Shown: in pieces, positions 37,796-48,240 of the stretch
Layout: each line of letters opens with the position of its first letter
Numbering within the stretch: position 1 is the first letter of the stretch
DNA from: a virus
Taxonomy: Duplodnaviria; Caudoviricetes
IMG/VR virus record: IMGVR_UViG_3300009678_000062
Coordinates: 1 to 63,568 of that record
Direction: 5' to 3' (one strand)
Length of the DNA stretch: 63,568 nt
Program-made: the position numbers and the translations under genes
Notes under the pieces: model-generated
The model's input: only the letters and a program-made list of their open reading frames with translations
What the model was told of the DNA's origin: nothing
The model's database searches: none

Positions 37796-40700
37796 ATGGG
37801 ATACATAAACAGTCTCCTTCAGCAGGCGAACGAGCAGGCTAAGGGCGCGACCTGGGGCGACGTAGGACGAACCGCTGTCGCCAGCGTTACCGACCTTGCG
37901 GGGTCAGTCCCGTCGATGGCGGCTTATGTCTACAGCCAGGATGACGATCCGTTTTCTCGGGACATGCAGTACCTCTCGCAGGGGCTGGCTGACAGTCTGT
38001 TCGAGTTGGGCGACGATATCCGTGGCGCTAATACTCCTGCCGCCCAGCGCATCATGTCGGCTAAAGTCGGCGACGAGACGTTCTGGAACCACAAGTTCGA
38101 CTACCTCGCTCTGAACACCGCTAACACTGCCGCACCAATCGTTGCTGGTATTGCTGCGGCAGCTATCGCCGGTCCGACCGCCGGGTTGCTCATCAACTCC
38201 GGCCTTGCCGGTATGCACAGCGCCGGCCTCACCTACAACGACATAGTCAAGGACTTCGACAGCCTATACGCCAGCGGCGAGCTCAGCGGCAACAAGCTGT
38301 TCCAGTCACTGGTAGCTGAGGGACGATCGGAACAGGAAGCACTCCGCGAGTTCAAGCGGCTGTCGGTCGGGGCCAAGCCAGCGGTGCTGGCTGTGGTCAC
38401 TGCGGCAATGGCCAGGTTCAGCGCTGGCGGTCAGATCGTCTCGAAGATCGGCGGGGCCACCGCCACTGGAGCGGTGACCGGCGCGGCACGTAAGGGCATC
38501 CTTCGCCGGGTTGGCGAGAGTACGGCAATGTCGAGTGCCGAGGAGGCAGCTCAGAACACACTTGAAGAAGGGATGATGCAGGGTGCCCGGGTCGACGCCG
38601 GGGTACAGGAGGGTTACGATAATCAGCGGCTAATCGAGGCAGCTCTCGCTGGCGGTGTGATCGGTGCGGCGCTCGGTGTCCCTGCCGGTGTATTTCCCGA
38701 AGGTCGTCGTGGGGCTGTCAACGACGAGGATACGACTGATCCGGGATTGAGCGAAACCGTTCTGCCGATTGGCAGGGAGGTCGGTCCGCCGATCTTCCCG
38801 CCGCGCCCGGATATCCGGGTTCCCGATCAGGATGTCGAGCGTGCACCGTGGCGTCCGCCCGGTGCAGCGGAACCGTCCCCCCGCGACGCATATGGTGTGT
38901 TCTCGTTCCCGTCGATGGGGACTATGGACCCCGATATCGAGGCGGCGCTCGCCGCTGCCACGGGAGCAGCCAAACCGGTGGTACAGAAACCGTCGAGCCG
39001 CTTCCGGGCACGCGGGTCGTTTGCGTCGCCATTTGCTGAGCCAGGAGCTGCTGCTGAGGGCGCTCCGACGCCGGGGGGTGTTCCGGCACCCACCAGCGCT
39101 GCCGAGCCGCCTGTGACGCCCGCAGGGCGCGCTGCGGCCCCTCCTCCACGGCCCACAGGTCCGAGACCGATCCAGCCGACCACCAGCACTCCGGTGGAAA
39201 ATGCAGCGCGTTCAAACGTCGAGGTGCTGACCGAAGGAGGGACCACACCAACCGGCGAAGCTGCTGCAACGGAAGAAGCAGCGCCTGAAACTGTGACGGA
39301 GTTGGAAGTCGTAGCTGAAGCACCACCGACTGCGCCAACTGACGAAGAAGCAACACCGGTAACTACCAATAGTGAGCTACCTGATTATTCCGCCGACAAA
39401 CCTGAAGTTCAGGCGGCGATGCAGGATTTTATCGAAAACATTTCGCAAGATCCCGTGATGGTTCAGGGGTATCTGAACGAGCTGCGGGCGAAGTGGGGTG
39501 CCCCCGCCGCTGCTGTTGCTCCGATTAAAGTGCCGGAGGATGCAGGTACGGCAGCGTCCGAACCCAAGGAAAAGTCGGCGTATCCTCAACATTCACAGAA
39601 AGACGTTGACGACTACGGAGCTGATGAAGTTGGGGTTCTTAACCGAGCCAACGAGGGCTTGGAGTTCTACAACAATCCCGGCCTTCGTGAGGCCGTGCGG
39701 CTGGGCTATGCGACGATCGGCAATACTGAAAGGGGGGCTTTAACTCCTGCTGGTAAAGCTCGCCTTGCCGAATTGGAAACTGAACCCGAGCCTGCGCCCA
39801 TCAAGGAACCGGAAGTCGTTCCATTTCCATCGCCGGAAATGCGGGCGAAGCTCGACAAGCAAACTCCTGCAGCGCGCGCGATCCTGACCACGGCTAAGAA
39901 GCTGAAGAAAGCTCCGGGGCCGGAACGCGCCAAAACCACGAAGAAGGGGAAGAAGGGCGAAGCGGTTGTCGAGAAGCTGAAAACGAAGAACAAGCCTAAA
40001 ACATCGCAGGTGAAGCGGGAGCAGCCGCTGCCGATCGCCCGCGCCAAGCCGCCTGAACCCGACAAGCCGGCGAAGGGGGTGCGTTACCCCGCCGTTGAAT
40101 ACTTCGGCAACGTGTTCTTTGGCAAGAGCCACAACTACGCTATTCAGTCGCTAGAAGCGGGACTAGCGAAGGAAAATCGTAAACCACCGCTCGCGTCTCG
40201 GATTACGCGCGGCTACCTGCAGGACGGTGAGTTCCATCCGATCATTTACGCGGAGGAGAACTACGCCGATCGTAATGCCGACAGCGAGAAAATCGCCAAA
40301 AATATCGAGGCGATGAATGTGTCGGAGGCGCGTCAGAAGCGTGAGCAGGCGGAACTGCAGGGAGAGGAGGTCGAGCCCGAACCCCAGAAGCGTTATACTA
40401 ACCCCACCTACAAGAAAATGCAGGCGCGGGTTGAAAAGGTATCGAGCCAGATCTTCGCCAAGTTTGGTTACGGCCGCTCCAAGACGATGGACCTGCGCAA
40501 GCGCATCGCTGCCATCGCCGGGCTGTCGGAAAAGAAGGAAAAAATTGAAAAGAAGATATTCAAGGATTTTAAATTCGGCGAGCGGGTATCGACGGGGCGG
40601 GGCGGAGCGCACGGCTGGCTGACCCGCGCTCGCGCACTGAATAAGGTGTGGGGGCCGAGTAATAATCCGACAGAGCAGATCGCCAACTTCCTGCGGGTCG

Positions 40701-43700
40701 AGGAGGAGCTGCGGATCGAGCGGGCGGCTGGTAATCTTAAAGCTCATCCGGCGTTGGAGATCAGCCAGATTGAAGCCAGCCAGAACAGGGATCTGCCGCT
40801 GGAGGGTGATGAGGGTGAAACGGGCGGGGGGTTGACCTATCCGGAGCTAGACGAAGCAGAAGCGCTGGCGTCGCGTAACTCGGCGTATGAGCTCAATCGC
40901 CGTCGTACCAATCGCCAGCCGCAGAAGTCGCCGGGCGTCGATATTGCCAGACGGCCCGGAGTGCGAACCAAGCCCGCCGTTACAATCTCTCGTACTCCCG
41001 CCAATCTCAATGCGATCCGCTCGTCGATGAAGCGCCTGCGCGACAAGCTGGCTGCTGAAGGCAAGTCGATACCCAAATACCTGCAGATCAAGCCGAAGAA
41101 CCTGACCAAGAAGCAACAACAGCAGATCGAAGCCGCAGCTGCAGCTGAGCCCGCTCGCCTCACTGCCGCAGAGAAGGCGCGTCAGCAGGCGGAGGCTGAA
41201 CGGCAGGCGGCGGAAAAAGCTCGCAAGGAAGAGCTGGTTACAGCTACGAACAAGCGGATTAAGACGCCGTCAGCGCGGGCGGCGAAGGCGGCTGCAAAGC
41301 GAGCGGCTGACCGGGCTGCAGCGACAGCAGCGCGGGAAGCGGAAGCCGCCGCTACTCCGGAAGCTGAAGCAGCAGCGTTTGCCCAAGAGCAGCAAGCCAA
41401 GTCGGCTGGCGTCAAGTCGCGTCCTGGCCCTAGTGGTTACACTGGACCGGTCGAAGCCACCGTCACGGCTCCTGCATCGGTAACTATTGAAAGTGAGCAG
41501 GAGCTTAAAAACCGCAGGAAGCTCGAACAGCAGCAAACCGATCTGTGGGCGGATCCGCGCGGGCTGAAGGCGCGGCCGGTGACGAGGCCGAGTCGCGATA
41601 TTTCCTGGGATGAGAAGGACGCCGAGGTCGACGAGCGTTTTGGCGAGGAGCTGGTTCGGATCACCGACGAGCTCGAGCCGGATACCGATACTGATATCAC
41701 CGCCGATAACCTGCTCAATGTCGAAGAAGAACCGACCGAGGAAAACACTCGTCCGGATCCTGCACTGAAGAAGGTGTGGGTCAGCAAGGAAGAAGCCCAG
41801 CGCCGCCGCGAAATCGGGAACGATGAGGGTGGCTGGCTCGAGAGCCCGTACACCAAGGATGACGTTTTCGCCCGCATCAAGCAGAAGCTCGACGTTCGCG
41901 GGGTCCTCAACAAGATCGATTACAACGCTGCCGCCAAGGGGGTGAAGGGTCGCAAGGGAGCGATGAACTTCCTGCGCCGGAAGTTGACCGACATCGTCGG
42001 TGACATGCCGGTCTACGTGGTCAGCGAGAACGACCTGATCAATTTTCTCGGCAATCAGCACAGCAGCGAGGAAACACCGACACATTACGAGATGTACGAC
42101 GGCGTGTTTGTCAGTGTGCGGACTGATCAGCCGGGTCAGGGTTACATCGTCATCAACGATAAGCTGTTCGATCAGGATAAAGGTCGGATCGCAGATAACA
42201 TCCTGCATGAAGTGGTGCACGCGGCGACACTTGATGCACTATGGCGCAACCCGGCGCTGCGGAAATCAGTCGAAGTGCTGATGAAAGCGGTGATGACGCA
42301 TCATGGCATCACTGACGCCAAGGCCCATTACGGCTTCACAGACGCGTATGAGTTTGTCGCCGAAGGCATGACCAATCCAACGTTCCAGCAACTCCTCGCC
42401 AGCACGCCGCTGTCGAATGAGTTGGCTACTCGCTTTGGTATCCAGCAGCCCGGCTGGAAGAGTGCGTGGCAGGGGTTCCTCACCCTGGTTGCCAAGTCGA
42501 TCCGCCTGCCGCGAGGTCAGCTGACGGCGCTGCATGCGATCGTCGACGTCACCGAGCGGCTGGCCAGGGATACCGATATTTCGTCGCGAGTTCTGAAGAA
42601 GGGGACAATTGACGATGTGATGCCGCGCGCTGCGCCCAAGAAGTCAGCGGCTGCATACGCCCGCGACACCAAGAAGGGGATCGTCGACTATTACAGCAAG
42701 GCGGGGCGGCAGGAGAGCATGCCGGTACCGTGGCTGCTCAAGATTGCCGGGCTCGACGATATCGCCCGCAGCTCCGACCGCTTCTGGAAAGATCCGAACA
42801 ATCCGATCCGCAAGCTCTACCGCTACCTGACCCAGATTGTCGACCAGACTGCCCTCAATCTGCAGGCGGCGACTAAGGTGATCGATGATCTGGTGCGGCT
42901 AGAGAAGAAGGCGGGACCGGAACTATGGCAGCGCTTCGCCCGGCTGATCAATGACGAAACCACGTTCAACGTGTTCGCCGATCGTTCGTTCGCCTCGCAG
43001 CCGCACCTCGGCAAGGACCACGTCAACAATCCGACGCTGAAGGGTGCTCAGGCTAAGGTGATCCACGAACGGTTGTCGGCCGAGTATGACGCGATCATTC
43101 GCGAGATGCCGGAGCTGGCGAAGCTGCGTAACGACCTGCACGGTTTCCTGCGCAAGCGGCAGAACCGCATGGCGCACTACCTCGTGCATAATATCCTGGT
43201 GGAAGGTTTCCGGGGGGAGATTGACGCCAAGGATATCAGCGACGCACTGGTCGAGCGCATCCTCAGCAAGAAGATGACCGAGGCGGACAAGGCGCTGTTC
43301 AAAGCTAGTCCCGACCTGCTCACCCGCGTGCTGCGGGCCAAGGAGCTGACCAACATGGCCGGGCCCTACTTCCCGCTGATGCGGCGGGGAAACTGGGTGG
43401 TCCGCGCCAAGGTCAAGGTCACGCCGCCGTCGCGCGGGCTCAACGGCACGCTCCGGGACGGCACCGACAATGTCTACGAGTTTACCGGGGACGATGCCCG
43501 TGAGCGGGCTATGGAGTACGCCGAGGAAGCCGCCCGCCTTGGCGACAAGGTAACTATCAATAGTAACGTCATCGACGAGAAAACCGGGGAAAGCTGGGAT
43601 GAGGACGAGGAGGGCAAGCCGGTCAAGCTGACGCTGAAGGATCCGGATACCGTCCGGGTCTACCGTGCACAGGTGATGAACGAGTACGTCGAGTATTTCG

Positions 43701-45817
43701 ACAATGAGGCGTCGGCCGACCGGACCGCCTTCGAGCTCGAGAGCGATAGCGACATCGTTCCCGGCAGCATCAAGGGAGTGCAGGAGCGCAACTGGAGCCC
43801 GGGCGACCGTGGCGTCGATATCTCCTCTGCCGACATGAGCCTGCTGGTCCAGTCGCTGGAAAAGAAGCAGGGCTTCAAGAATATGAACCCGGCGATGCAG
43901 CACCAGCTGCGCCTCGCCGCACAGGAGTTCGGGCTGCAGATGCTCGGCTCGACCCGCGTCCACAAGCGTCGCATCGCGCGGCGCGGCGTGCTCGGAGCGT
44001 CGCTCGATATCACCCGCAATTTCATCGACTACTCGCAGTCGACCGCTGCCTATACCGCCCGCCTCGAATTCGCGCAGGAGATCAACCAGACGATGCGCGA
44101 TGCCGAAGCGTCGGTCGATGCCGGGCACCGTGCCGGGGCCAAGGGGCGGCGGGCGATCTGGAACGAGGTGCGGAAGCGGATCGATGGCGGCAACGGCTTC
44201 GATCAGGGCAGCCAGTGGTACTCCCCGGCAGTGCAGCGTGTGTTGACCGCGTCATTCATCACCCGGCTCGCATCGCCGATGTATACCATGATGAACCTCC
44301 TGCAGGTCGGCATGGTGGCGATGCCGGTGGTTGCCTCACGTCACCACGTAGCACCGACGTCGCGCGCATTCGCCAAGGCGTACAAGGATATCAATGCTTG
44401 GACGGTCCTCAAGAAAGGTGGGAAGGAAACGTGGGCCAAGGCTAAATCCCCCGGCTCTCAGAGTGTGGATTTCTTCGAAGATATAAAGAAAGGGATGAAC
44501 GTTCGCGAGCAGGATCTGCTGCGTTTCATCGCCCCCCAGCGCGGGCTGGAGCTCGCCAAGATGCAGCGCATCCGGCGCACCACGGGTGGAGTAAAAGCGC
44601 GGGCGCAAGAGTATGGGGATACAGCGCTGAATTGGGCCGAGGGGATCAGCAAGCAGCTGCCCATCGCGGCGGAAATGATTAACCGTAGCGTCACGTTGCT
44701 CGCCGCCTACCGGCTTGAATATGCCAAGAATGGCGGTAACCACGAAGCGGCGCTGCAATATGCCGACGACATCAACAACCGAACCAATTTTAATTACGGC
44801 GAGATCAATACCGCCCCGATCTTCAACCATCCGCTAATGAAGATCCCGTTCCAGTTCAAGCGGTTCGGGTTTGCAATGTATACATTGCTCGGTCGGGATA
44901 TCGGCAAGGCGTGGCGTAACGAGAACCCGGGCGACCGCGCCGAGGCGCTCAGGTCGCTGGCATACGTCGTCGCCACCCATATGCTGATGGCGGGTACGCT
45001 GGGCCTGCCGACCGAACCGATCAAGGGGCTGGTCATCGGCGCTTACGCTTTTGGCCTGAGCGGGTTTAACTGGCAGGATGTCGAGAACGCCCAGCGCGAG
45101 CTGGCTGCCGACCTGCTTGGTCCCGACCTTGGTGAGGTACTTACCCGAGGCGTCACCCGCGCCCTGCCGTTTGGACTGGCTTTCGACCTGTCGTCACGCG
45201 TCGGCATGGCCGACATGTTCCTCTCGCGCGAGCCAACTTCGAGCCAGATGTCCGAGCACTGGCAGTGGCTGCAGGACATGGTGCTGGGCGCACCCGGAGG
45301 GATGATCGCCGACATGGCCGAAGGTGCGGCTGGCGCGATCAAGGGGGACTGGTCAGCGGCGCAGAAGGCGATACCGGTCAAGGGACTGCGGGATTTGGTC
45401 AAAGCCGTGGATACGGCGGCGTTCGGCAAGGAAACCAAGAGCGGCCGGCCATCGTTTGAGGCTTATGGTATCGCGGAAGCGTTCATCCGGGCGCTGGGTG
45501 CGACCCCCGGTCGTGAAGCCGAGGATCAGGAGCTCAAGGCACAATTCTATTCGCAGCAGGCGTATATCAACGAACAACGTGCTAAACTGCAGCAGCGCTG
45601 GGCCGACGCCTCGACAAGTGAGCGTAACCGGATGCGGGGCGCGATCGAGCGGTTCAATCGTGGTAAGCCGCGTGATGCGCAACTGACGAATGCCGTATTG
45701 AGGGCTTATGTGAGCCGGCGGCGTTCGGAGATCGAAGAGATGTCGAGTGGCGTCCGTCCGACCAAATCCAACCTCTACATGTTGCAGCGTGCGGAAGCAG
45801 TGTACAACGCTCGGTAA
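37796..45817 (+). CDS. 2673-aa ejection / polyvalent protein with a zincin-like HExxH and a PLxRFG-like domain
   Basis: LHEVVHA...YEFVAEGMTNPTFQ at about 42200-42390; PYFPLMRRG at about 43364; last and largest gene of the virion module. Confidence 0.78.
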   Translation: MGYINSLLQQANEQAKGATWGDVGRTAVASVTDLAGSVPSMAAYVYSQDDDPFSRDMQYLSQGLADSLFELGDDIRGANTPAAQRIMSAKVGDETFWNHKFDYLALNTANTAAPIVAGIAAAAIAGPTAGLLINSGLAGMHSAGLTYNDIVKDFDSLYASGELSGNKLFQSLVAEGRSEQEALREFKRLSVGAKPAVLAVVTAAMARFSAGGQIVSKIGGATATGAVTGAARKGILRRVGESTAMSSAEEAAQNTLEEGMMQGARVDAGVQEGYDNQRLIEAALAGGVIGAALGVPAGVFPEGRRGAVNDEDTTDPGLSETVLPIGREVGPPIFPPRPDIRVPDQDVERAPWRPPGAAEPSPRDAYGVFSFPSMGTMDPDIEAALAAATGAAKPVVQKPSSRFRARGSFASPFAEPGAAAEGAPTPGGVPAPTSAAEPPVTPAGRAAAPPPRPTGPRPIQPTTSTPVENAARSNVEVLTEGGTTPTGEAAATEEAAPETVTELEVVAEAPPTAPTDEEATPVTTNSELPDYSADKPEVQAAMQDFIENISQDPVMVQGYLNELRAKWGAPAAAVAPIKVPEDAGTAASEPKEKSAYPQHSQKDVDDYGADEVGVLNRANEGLEFYNNPGLREAVRLGYATIGNTERGALTPAGKARLAELETEPEPAPIKEPEVVPFPSPEMRAKLDKQTPAARAILTTAKKLKKAPGPERAKTTKKGKKGEAVVEKLKTKNKPKTSQVKREQPLPIARAKPPEPDKPAKGVRYPAVEYFGNVFFGKSHNYAIQSLEAGLAKENRKPPLASRITRGYLQDGEFHPIIYAEENYADRNADSEKIAKNIEAMNVSEARQKREQAELQGEEVEPEPQKRYTNPTYKKMQARVEKVSSQIFAKFGYGRSKTMDLRKRIAAIAGLSEKKEKIEKKIFKDFKFGERVSTGRGGAHGWLTRARALNKVWGPSNNPTEQIANFLRVEEELRIERAAGNLKAHPALEISQIEASQNRDLPLEGDEGETGGGLTYPELDEAEALASRNSAYELNRRRTNRQPQKSPGVDIARRPGVRTKPAVTISRTPANLNAIRSSMKRLRDKLAAEGKSIPKYLQIKPKNLTKKQQQQIEAAAAAEPARLTAAEKARQQAEAERQAAEKARKEELVTATNKRIKTPSARAAKAAAKRAADRAAATAAREAEAAATPEAEAAAFAQEQQAKSAGVKSRPGPSGYTGPVEATVTAPASVTIESEQELKNRRKLEQQQTDLWADPRGLKARPVTRPSRDISWDEKDAEVDERFGEELVRITDELEPDTDTDITADNLLNVEEEPTEENTRPDPALKKVWVSKEEAQRRREIGNDEGGWLESPYTKDDVFARIKQKLDVRGVLNKIDYNAAAKGVKGRKGAMNFLRRKLTDIVGDMPVYVVSENDLINFLGNQHSSEETPTHYEMYDGVFVSVRTDQPGQGYIVINDKLFDQDKGRIADNILHEVVHAATLDALWRNPALRKSVEVLMKAVMTHHGITDAKAHYGFTDAYEFVAEGMTNPTFQQLLASTPLSNELATRFGIQQPGWKSAWQGFLTLVAKSIRLPRGQLTALHAIVDVTERLARDTDISSRVLKKGTIDDVMPRAAPKKSAAAYARDTKKGIVDYYSKAGRQESMPVPWLLKIAGLDDIARSSDRFWKDPNNPIRKLYRYLTQIVDQTALNLQAATKVIDDLVRLEKKAGPELWQRFARLINDETTFNVFADRSFASQPHLGKDHVNNPTLKGAQAKVIHERLSAEYDAIIREMPELAKLRNDLHGFLRKRQNRMAHYLVHNILVEGFRGEIDAKDISDALVERILSKKMTEADKALFKASPDLLTRVLRAKELTNMAGPYFPLMRRGNWVVRAKVKVTPPSRGLNGTLRDGTDNVYEFTGDDARERAMEYAEEAARLGDKVTINSNVIDEKTGESWDEDEEGKPVKLTLKDPDTVRVYRAQVMNEYVEYFDNEASADRTAFELESDSDIVPGSIKGVQERNWSPGDRGVDISSADMSLLVQSLEKKQGFKNMNPAMQHQLRLAAQEFGLQMLGSTRVHKRRIARRGVLGASLDITRNFIDYSQSTAAYTARLEFAQEINQTMRDAEASVDAGHRAGAKGRRAIWNEVRKRIDGGNGFDQGSQWYSPAVQRVLTASFITRLASPMYTMMNLLQVGMVAMPVVASRHHVAPTSRAFAKAYKDINAWTVLKKGGKETWAKAKSPGSQSVDFFEDIKKGMNVREQDLLRFIAPQRGLELAKMQRIRRTTGGVKARAQEYGDTALNWAEGISKQLPIAAEMINRSVTLLAAYRLEYAKNGGNHEAALQYADDINNRTNFNYGEINTAPIFNHPLMKIPFQFKRFGFAMYTLLGRDIGKAWRNENPGDRAEALRSLAYVVATHMLMAGTLGLPTEPIKGLVIGAYAFGLSGFNWQDVENAQRELAADLLGPDLGEVLTRGVTRALPFGLAFDLSSRVGMADMFLSREPTSSQMSEHWQWLQDMVLGAPGGMIADMAEGAAGAIKGDWSAAQKAIPVKGLRDLVKAVDTAAFGKETKSGRPSFEAYGIAEAFIRALGATPGREAEDQELKAQFYSQQAYINEQRAKLQQRWADASTSERNRMRGAIERFNRGKPRDAQLTNAVLRAYVSRRRSEIEEMSSGVRPTKSNLYMLQRAEAVYNAR

Positions 45818-45840
45818 CGAGTTAACCAAGGAGAATGACG

Positions 45841-46119
45841 ATGGGTAAGGGTGCAGAGAAGGCAACGACCGACCTGAAAACCGTTGACGAAGCTCTGGCC
45901 GCAGAGGCCGAAGCCAAGAACAAGGCGCATGCCGCGCAGCACGGCAGCAACGAACCGACCAGTCCCTATGCCAGCGACGCGAGTGCTCGCGCTCAGGCGT
46001 ATCAGGATCTGGTGATGGCGGAGCGCACTGCGCCGGTCGAGCCGGTAAACCCGGCGGCGCTGGAGGCCGAAGCCAAAGCGGCCACCAAAGCTGTCGACGT
46101 AGCTCTGAAGGTTGCTTGA
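45841..46119 (+). CDS. hypothetical Ala-rich protein
   Basis: AAGGAG RBS; followed by a terminator. Confidence 0.7.
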   Translation: MGKGAEKATTDLKTVDEALAAEAEAKNKAHAAQHGSNEPTSPYASDASARAQAYQDLVMAERTAPVEPVNPAALEAEAKAATKAVDVALKVA

Positions 46120-46123
46120 GTTA

Positions 46124-46156
46124 AAGGGGTCGGGGCAATCCCGGCCCTTTACTTTT
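46124..46156 (+). terminator. intrinsic terminator overlapped by palindrome 46149
   Basis: AAGGGGTCGGG-GCAAT-CCCGGCCCTTT-ACTTTT. Confidence 0.7.
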
Positions 46157-46172
46157 GATAGTGAGGAAGCTC

Positions 46173-46859
46173 ATGTCGCTCACACCCAGGGATTTCCAGC
46201 AGCTGTTGATCGACCACGGGTTCTCGTGTGGCCCCTATGGAGCTGACGGGTACTGGGGACCGGCGACTGCCGGGGCAAGCGAGGGCTGGTTTAATACCGG
46301 CATGGACCTTGAAGGCGACGCTGAGCCGCCGATGGCGCTTGGAGACATCATCCCGGCTGGATGGCTCGACAACAGCGACATGACCTACGTCACCTTACAC
46401 TGGACCGCAGGAGCTTACGTTGCGTCAGGAGCCGACAAGGAGCATTACCACATCATCGTGGAGAGTGACGGGCGTCTCGTCAGGGGCGACCATCCTATCT
46501 CCGCCAACGTATCAACAGCTGACGATAATTATGCCGCTCACACCGCCCAAGCCAACACCAAGAACATCGGCATCAGTTGTTGCTGCATGGCCGGAGCTAT
46601 CGAGTCACCCTTTGACGCCGGCAAGTACCCGCTGACCAAGAAGCAGTGGTTGACCAGCGCCAAGGTCGCAGCGGAGCTAGGACGGCATTACGGCATTGCG
46701 GTCGATCGCACGCAGATGCTTTCCCACGGTGAGTGGCAGAGCACCATGGGCGTGCCGCAGAGCGGCAAGTGGGACATCAACAAGCTGCCGTGGAGCCCCG
46801 GCCTCGACAAAAGCGAGGTCAACGACCTGTGGCGCTCAATCGTCAAGGAGTTCACATGA
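46173..46859 (+). CDS. endolysin: peptidoglycan-binding domain plus N-acetylmuramoyl-L-alanine amidase (Amidase_2-like)
   Basis: FQQLL...GADGYWGPAT; LHWTAG, HYH, AHT...NIGIS, SHGE, GKWD; GAGGA RBS. Confidence 0.88.
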   Translation: MSLTPRDFQQLLIDHGFSCGPYGADGYWGPATAGASEGWFNTGMDLEGDAEPPMALGDIIPAGWLDNSDMTYVTLHWTAGAYVASGADKEHYHIIVESDGRLVRGDHPISANVSTADDNYAAHTAQANTKNIGISCCCMAGAIESPFDAGKYPLTKKQWLTSAKVAAELGRHYGIAVDRTQMLSHGEWQSTMGVPQSGKWDINKLPWSPGLDKSEVNDLWRSIVKEFT

Positions 46860-47047
46860 CACGCGAGCACTTCGAGAAGGATCAGGAGAAGTTCCGGGGG
46901 GCAGTTGGCGGCAGCACCGTGTCGACGCCGACCCTGCGCATCATCGAAGAGCCGTGGCCGCCCGAGCCGCCTAAGCCGGAGCCGCCACCCGAGGAGGAAG
47001 TTCCCAAGGAGGAAGTTCCCAAGGAGGAAGTTCCCAAGGAGGAATGA
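46856..47047 (+). CDS. small Pro/Glu-rich protein with (EEVPK)3
   Basis: AAGGAG RBS, ATGA overlap, 15-bp repeat GAGGAAGTTCCCAAG x3 at 46994-47038. Confidence 0.6.
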   Translation: MTREHFEKDQEKFRGAVGGSTVSTPTLRIIEEPWPPEPPKPEPPPEEEVPKEEVPKEEVPKEE

Positions 47048-47048
47048 C

Positions 47049-47195
47049 ATGACCGTAGCGCTTGCAGTTGCAATAGCGTTCCTGATCGTCAGCCTCGTAA
47101 TGGCGATCCTCTACCAGGGCTGGACGAACCCATTGGTGTGGATCGGCTGGGCGTTTGCAGTCATATTCATCCTGCAACCGATAATTGGGAGATAG
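47049..47195 (+). CDS. 48-aa two-transmembrane protein, holin candidate
   Basis: AGGAGG RBS; two hydrophobic helices; downstream of the endolysin. Confidence 0.6.
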   Translation: MTVALAVAIAFLIVSLVMAILYQGWTNPLVWIGWAFAVIFILQPIIGR

Positions 47196-47197
47196 CC

Positions 47198-47374
47198 ATG
47201 TCTGTCGTCACACTATTGATCATTGTCCTGCTTGTGCTGCTGCTTGCCGGGTTTTTTGGCTATCGAACGTACCCGCAGTATGGCTGGGGCATCGGTGGCG
47301 TTCTCGGCCTGATCGTCATTGTCCTCATAGTGCTGCTACTCACCGGGCAGCTCGGCAATCTTAGGATCAACTGA
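47198..47374 (+). CDS. 58-aa membrane protein, DUF3309-like
   Basis: LLIIVLLVLLLAG...YGWGIGGVLGLIVIVLIVLLLTG. Confidence 0.65.
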   Translation: MSVVTLLIIVLLVLLLAGFFGYRTYPQYGWGIGGVLGLIVIVLIVLLLTGQLGNLRIN

Positions 47375-47517
47375 TGCCTAAGCGCTACGAGAAGCTGCGC
47401 GACAAATTCGCGAAGCAGGGGGATCGCGACCCGAAGGGGAAAGCGGCGCGGATCTTCAACGCGACGCGGAAGAAAAGTGAGAAGCCCGTCACCGGGAAGC
47501 ACAAGGGGAAGAAGTGA
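47374..47517 (+). CDS. 47-aa very basic protein (below the ORF-track cutoff)
   Basis: MPKRYEKLRDKF...KAARIFNATRK; TGATG and GTGA coupling on the two sides. Confidence 0.65.
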   Translation: MPKRYEKLRDKFAKQGDRDPKGKAARIFNATRKKSEKPVTGKHKGKK

Positions 47518-47795
47518 CTGATACATTCGCCAACCACCCGCAGTCGATCAGCGAAGTGCGAGCGCACAAGGCGAACGACGCTGCGCTCGCCACGCCGCGC
47601 GACGCGCTGATCTCGGTGCTGCGCGATCTCGACGCTGGCAAGATTGCAGCTGATGCGATGGTCATCTGCTGGCGTGGACCGGTGAAGGACGGCGCGGTTG
47701 ACACCGGCTGGGAAGGGGCATCGCCTGACGTCATCACCACCATTGGACTGCTGTACCGGGCGGCAAATCTCATCTGCCTCAACGCCGACAAGTAA
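47514..47795 (+). CDS. hypothetical protein (93 aa)
   Basis: TPRDALISVLRDLDAG; stop lies in palindrome 47793. Confidence 0.7.
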   Translation: MTDTFANHPQSISEVRAHKANDAALATPRDALISVLRDLDAGKIAADAMVICWRGPVKDGAVDTGWEGASPDVITTIGLLYRAANLICLNADK

Positions 47796-47818
47796 CTATT
47801 GATAGTTAGGAGCGAACG

Positions 47819-48049
47819 ATGGCCGACAAGAAGAGGGGTAAGGGCAAGAAGCCGTCAGGCATGAGTTTGGGTGGTAGCCCTGGTAAGTTCGGCGGGCAGA
47901 TCGGCAAGGTTGGATTTAGCGCTGGGTTTGGCGGCGGGATCGGCCTCGCGGGCCCGGGCAGGGAGGTGCCTCCCGGCGGCACGCCGAACGCCAAGAAGAA
48001 AGCCAACGTACCGCTGCCGAAACTCAACCCGAGACGGGGAAACCGGTGA
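47819..48049 (+). CDS. Gly/Lys-rich basic protein
   Basis: AGGAG RBS after the palindrome. Confidence 0.6.
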   Translation: MADKKRGKGKKPSGMSLGGSPGKFGGQIGKVGFSAGFGGGIGLAGPGREVPPGGTPNAKKKANVPLPKLNPRRGNR

Positions 48050-48240
48050 TGGTGACGTTCAAGGAACGGCAGGAGGGGTGGCGGAAGAACGGCGATCCGA
48101 GCGCGACGCTTTCCGATCTGGTCAAAAATATGGAGGCCCGTCCGCACATCGGCCCGGTGCGGTACACGACGCCACCGATACCACAACCGAAACCGAAGCC
48201 GCCGATGCGGTATGTCGGTCAGACGGGATACCCTAAGTGA
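48046..48240 (+). CDS. hypothetical protein
   Basis: Coupled to both neighbours. Confidence 0.5.
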   Translation: MMVTFKERQEGWRKNGDPSATLSDLVKNMEARPHIGPVRYTTPPIPQPKPKPPMRYVGQTGYPK

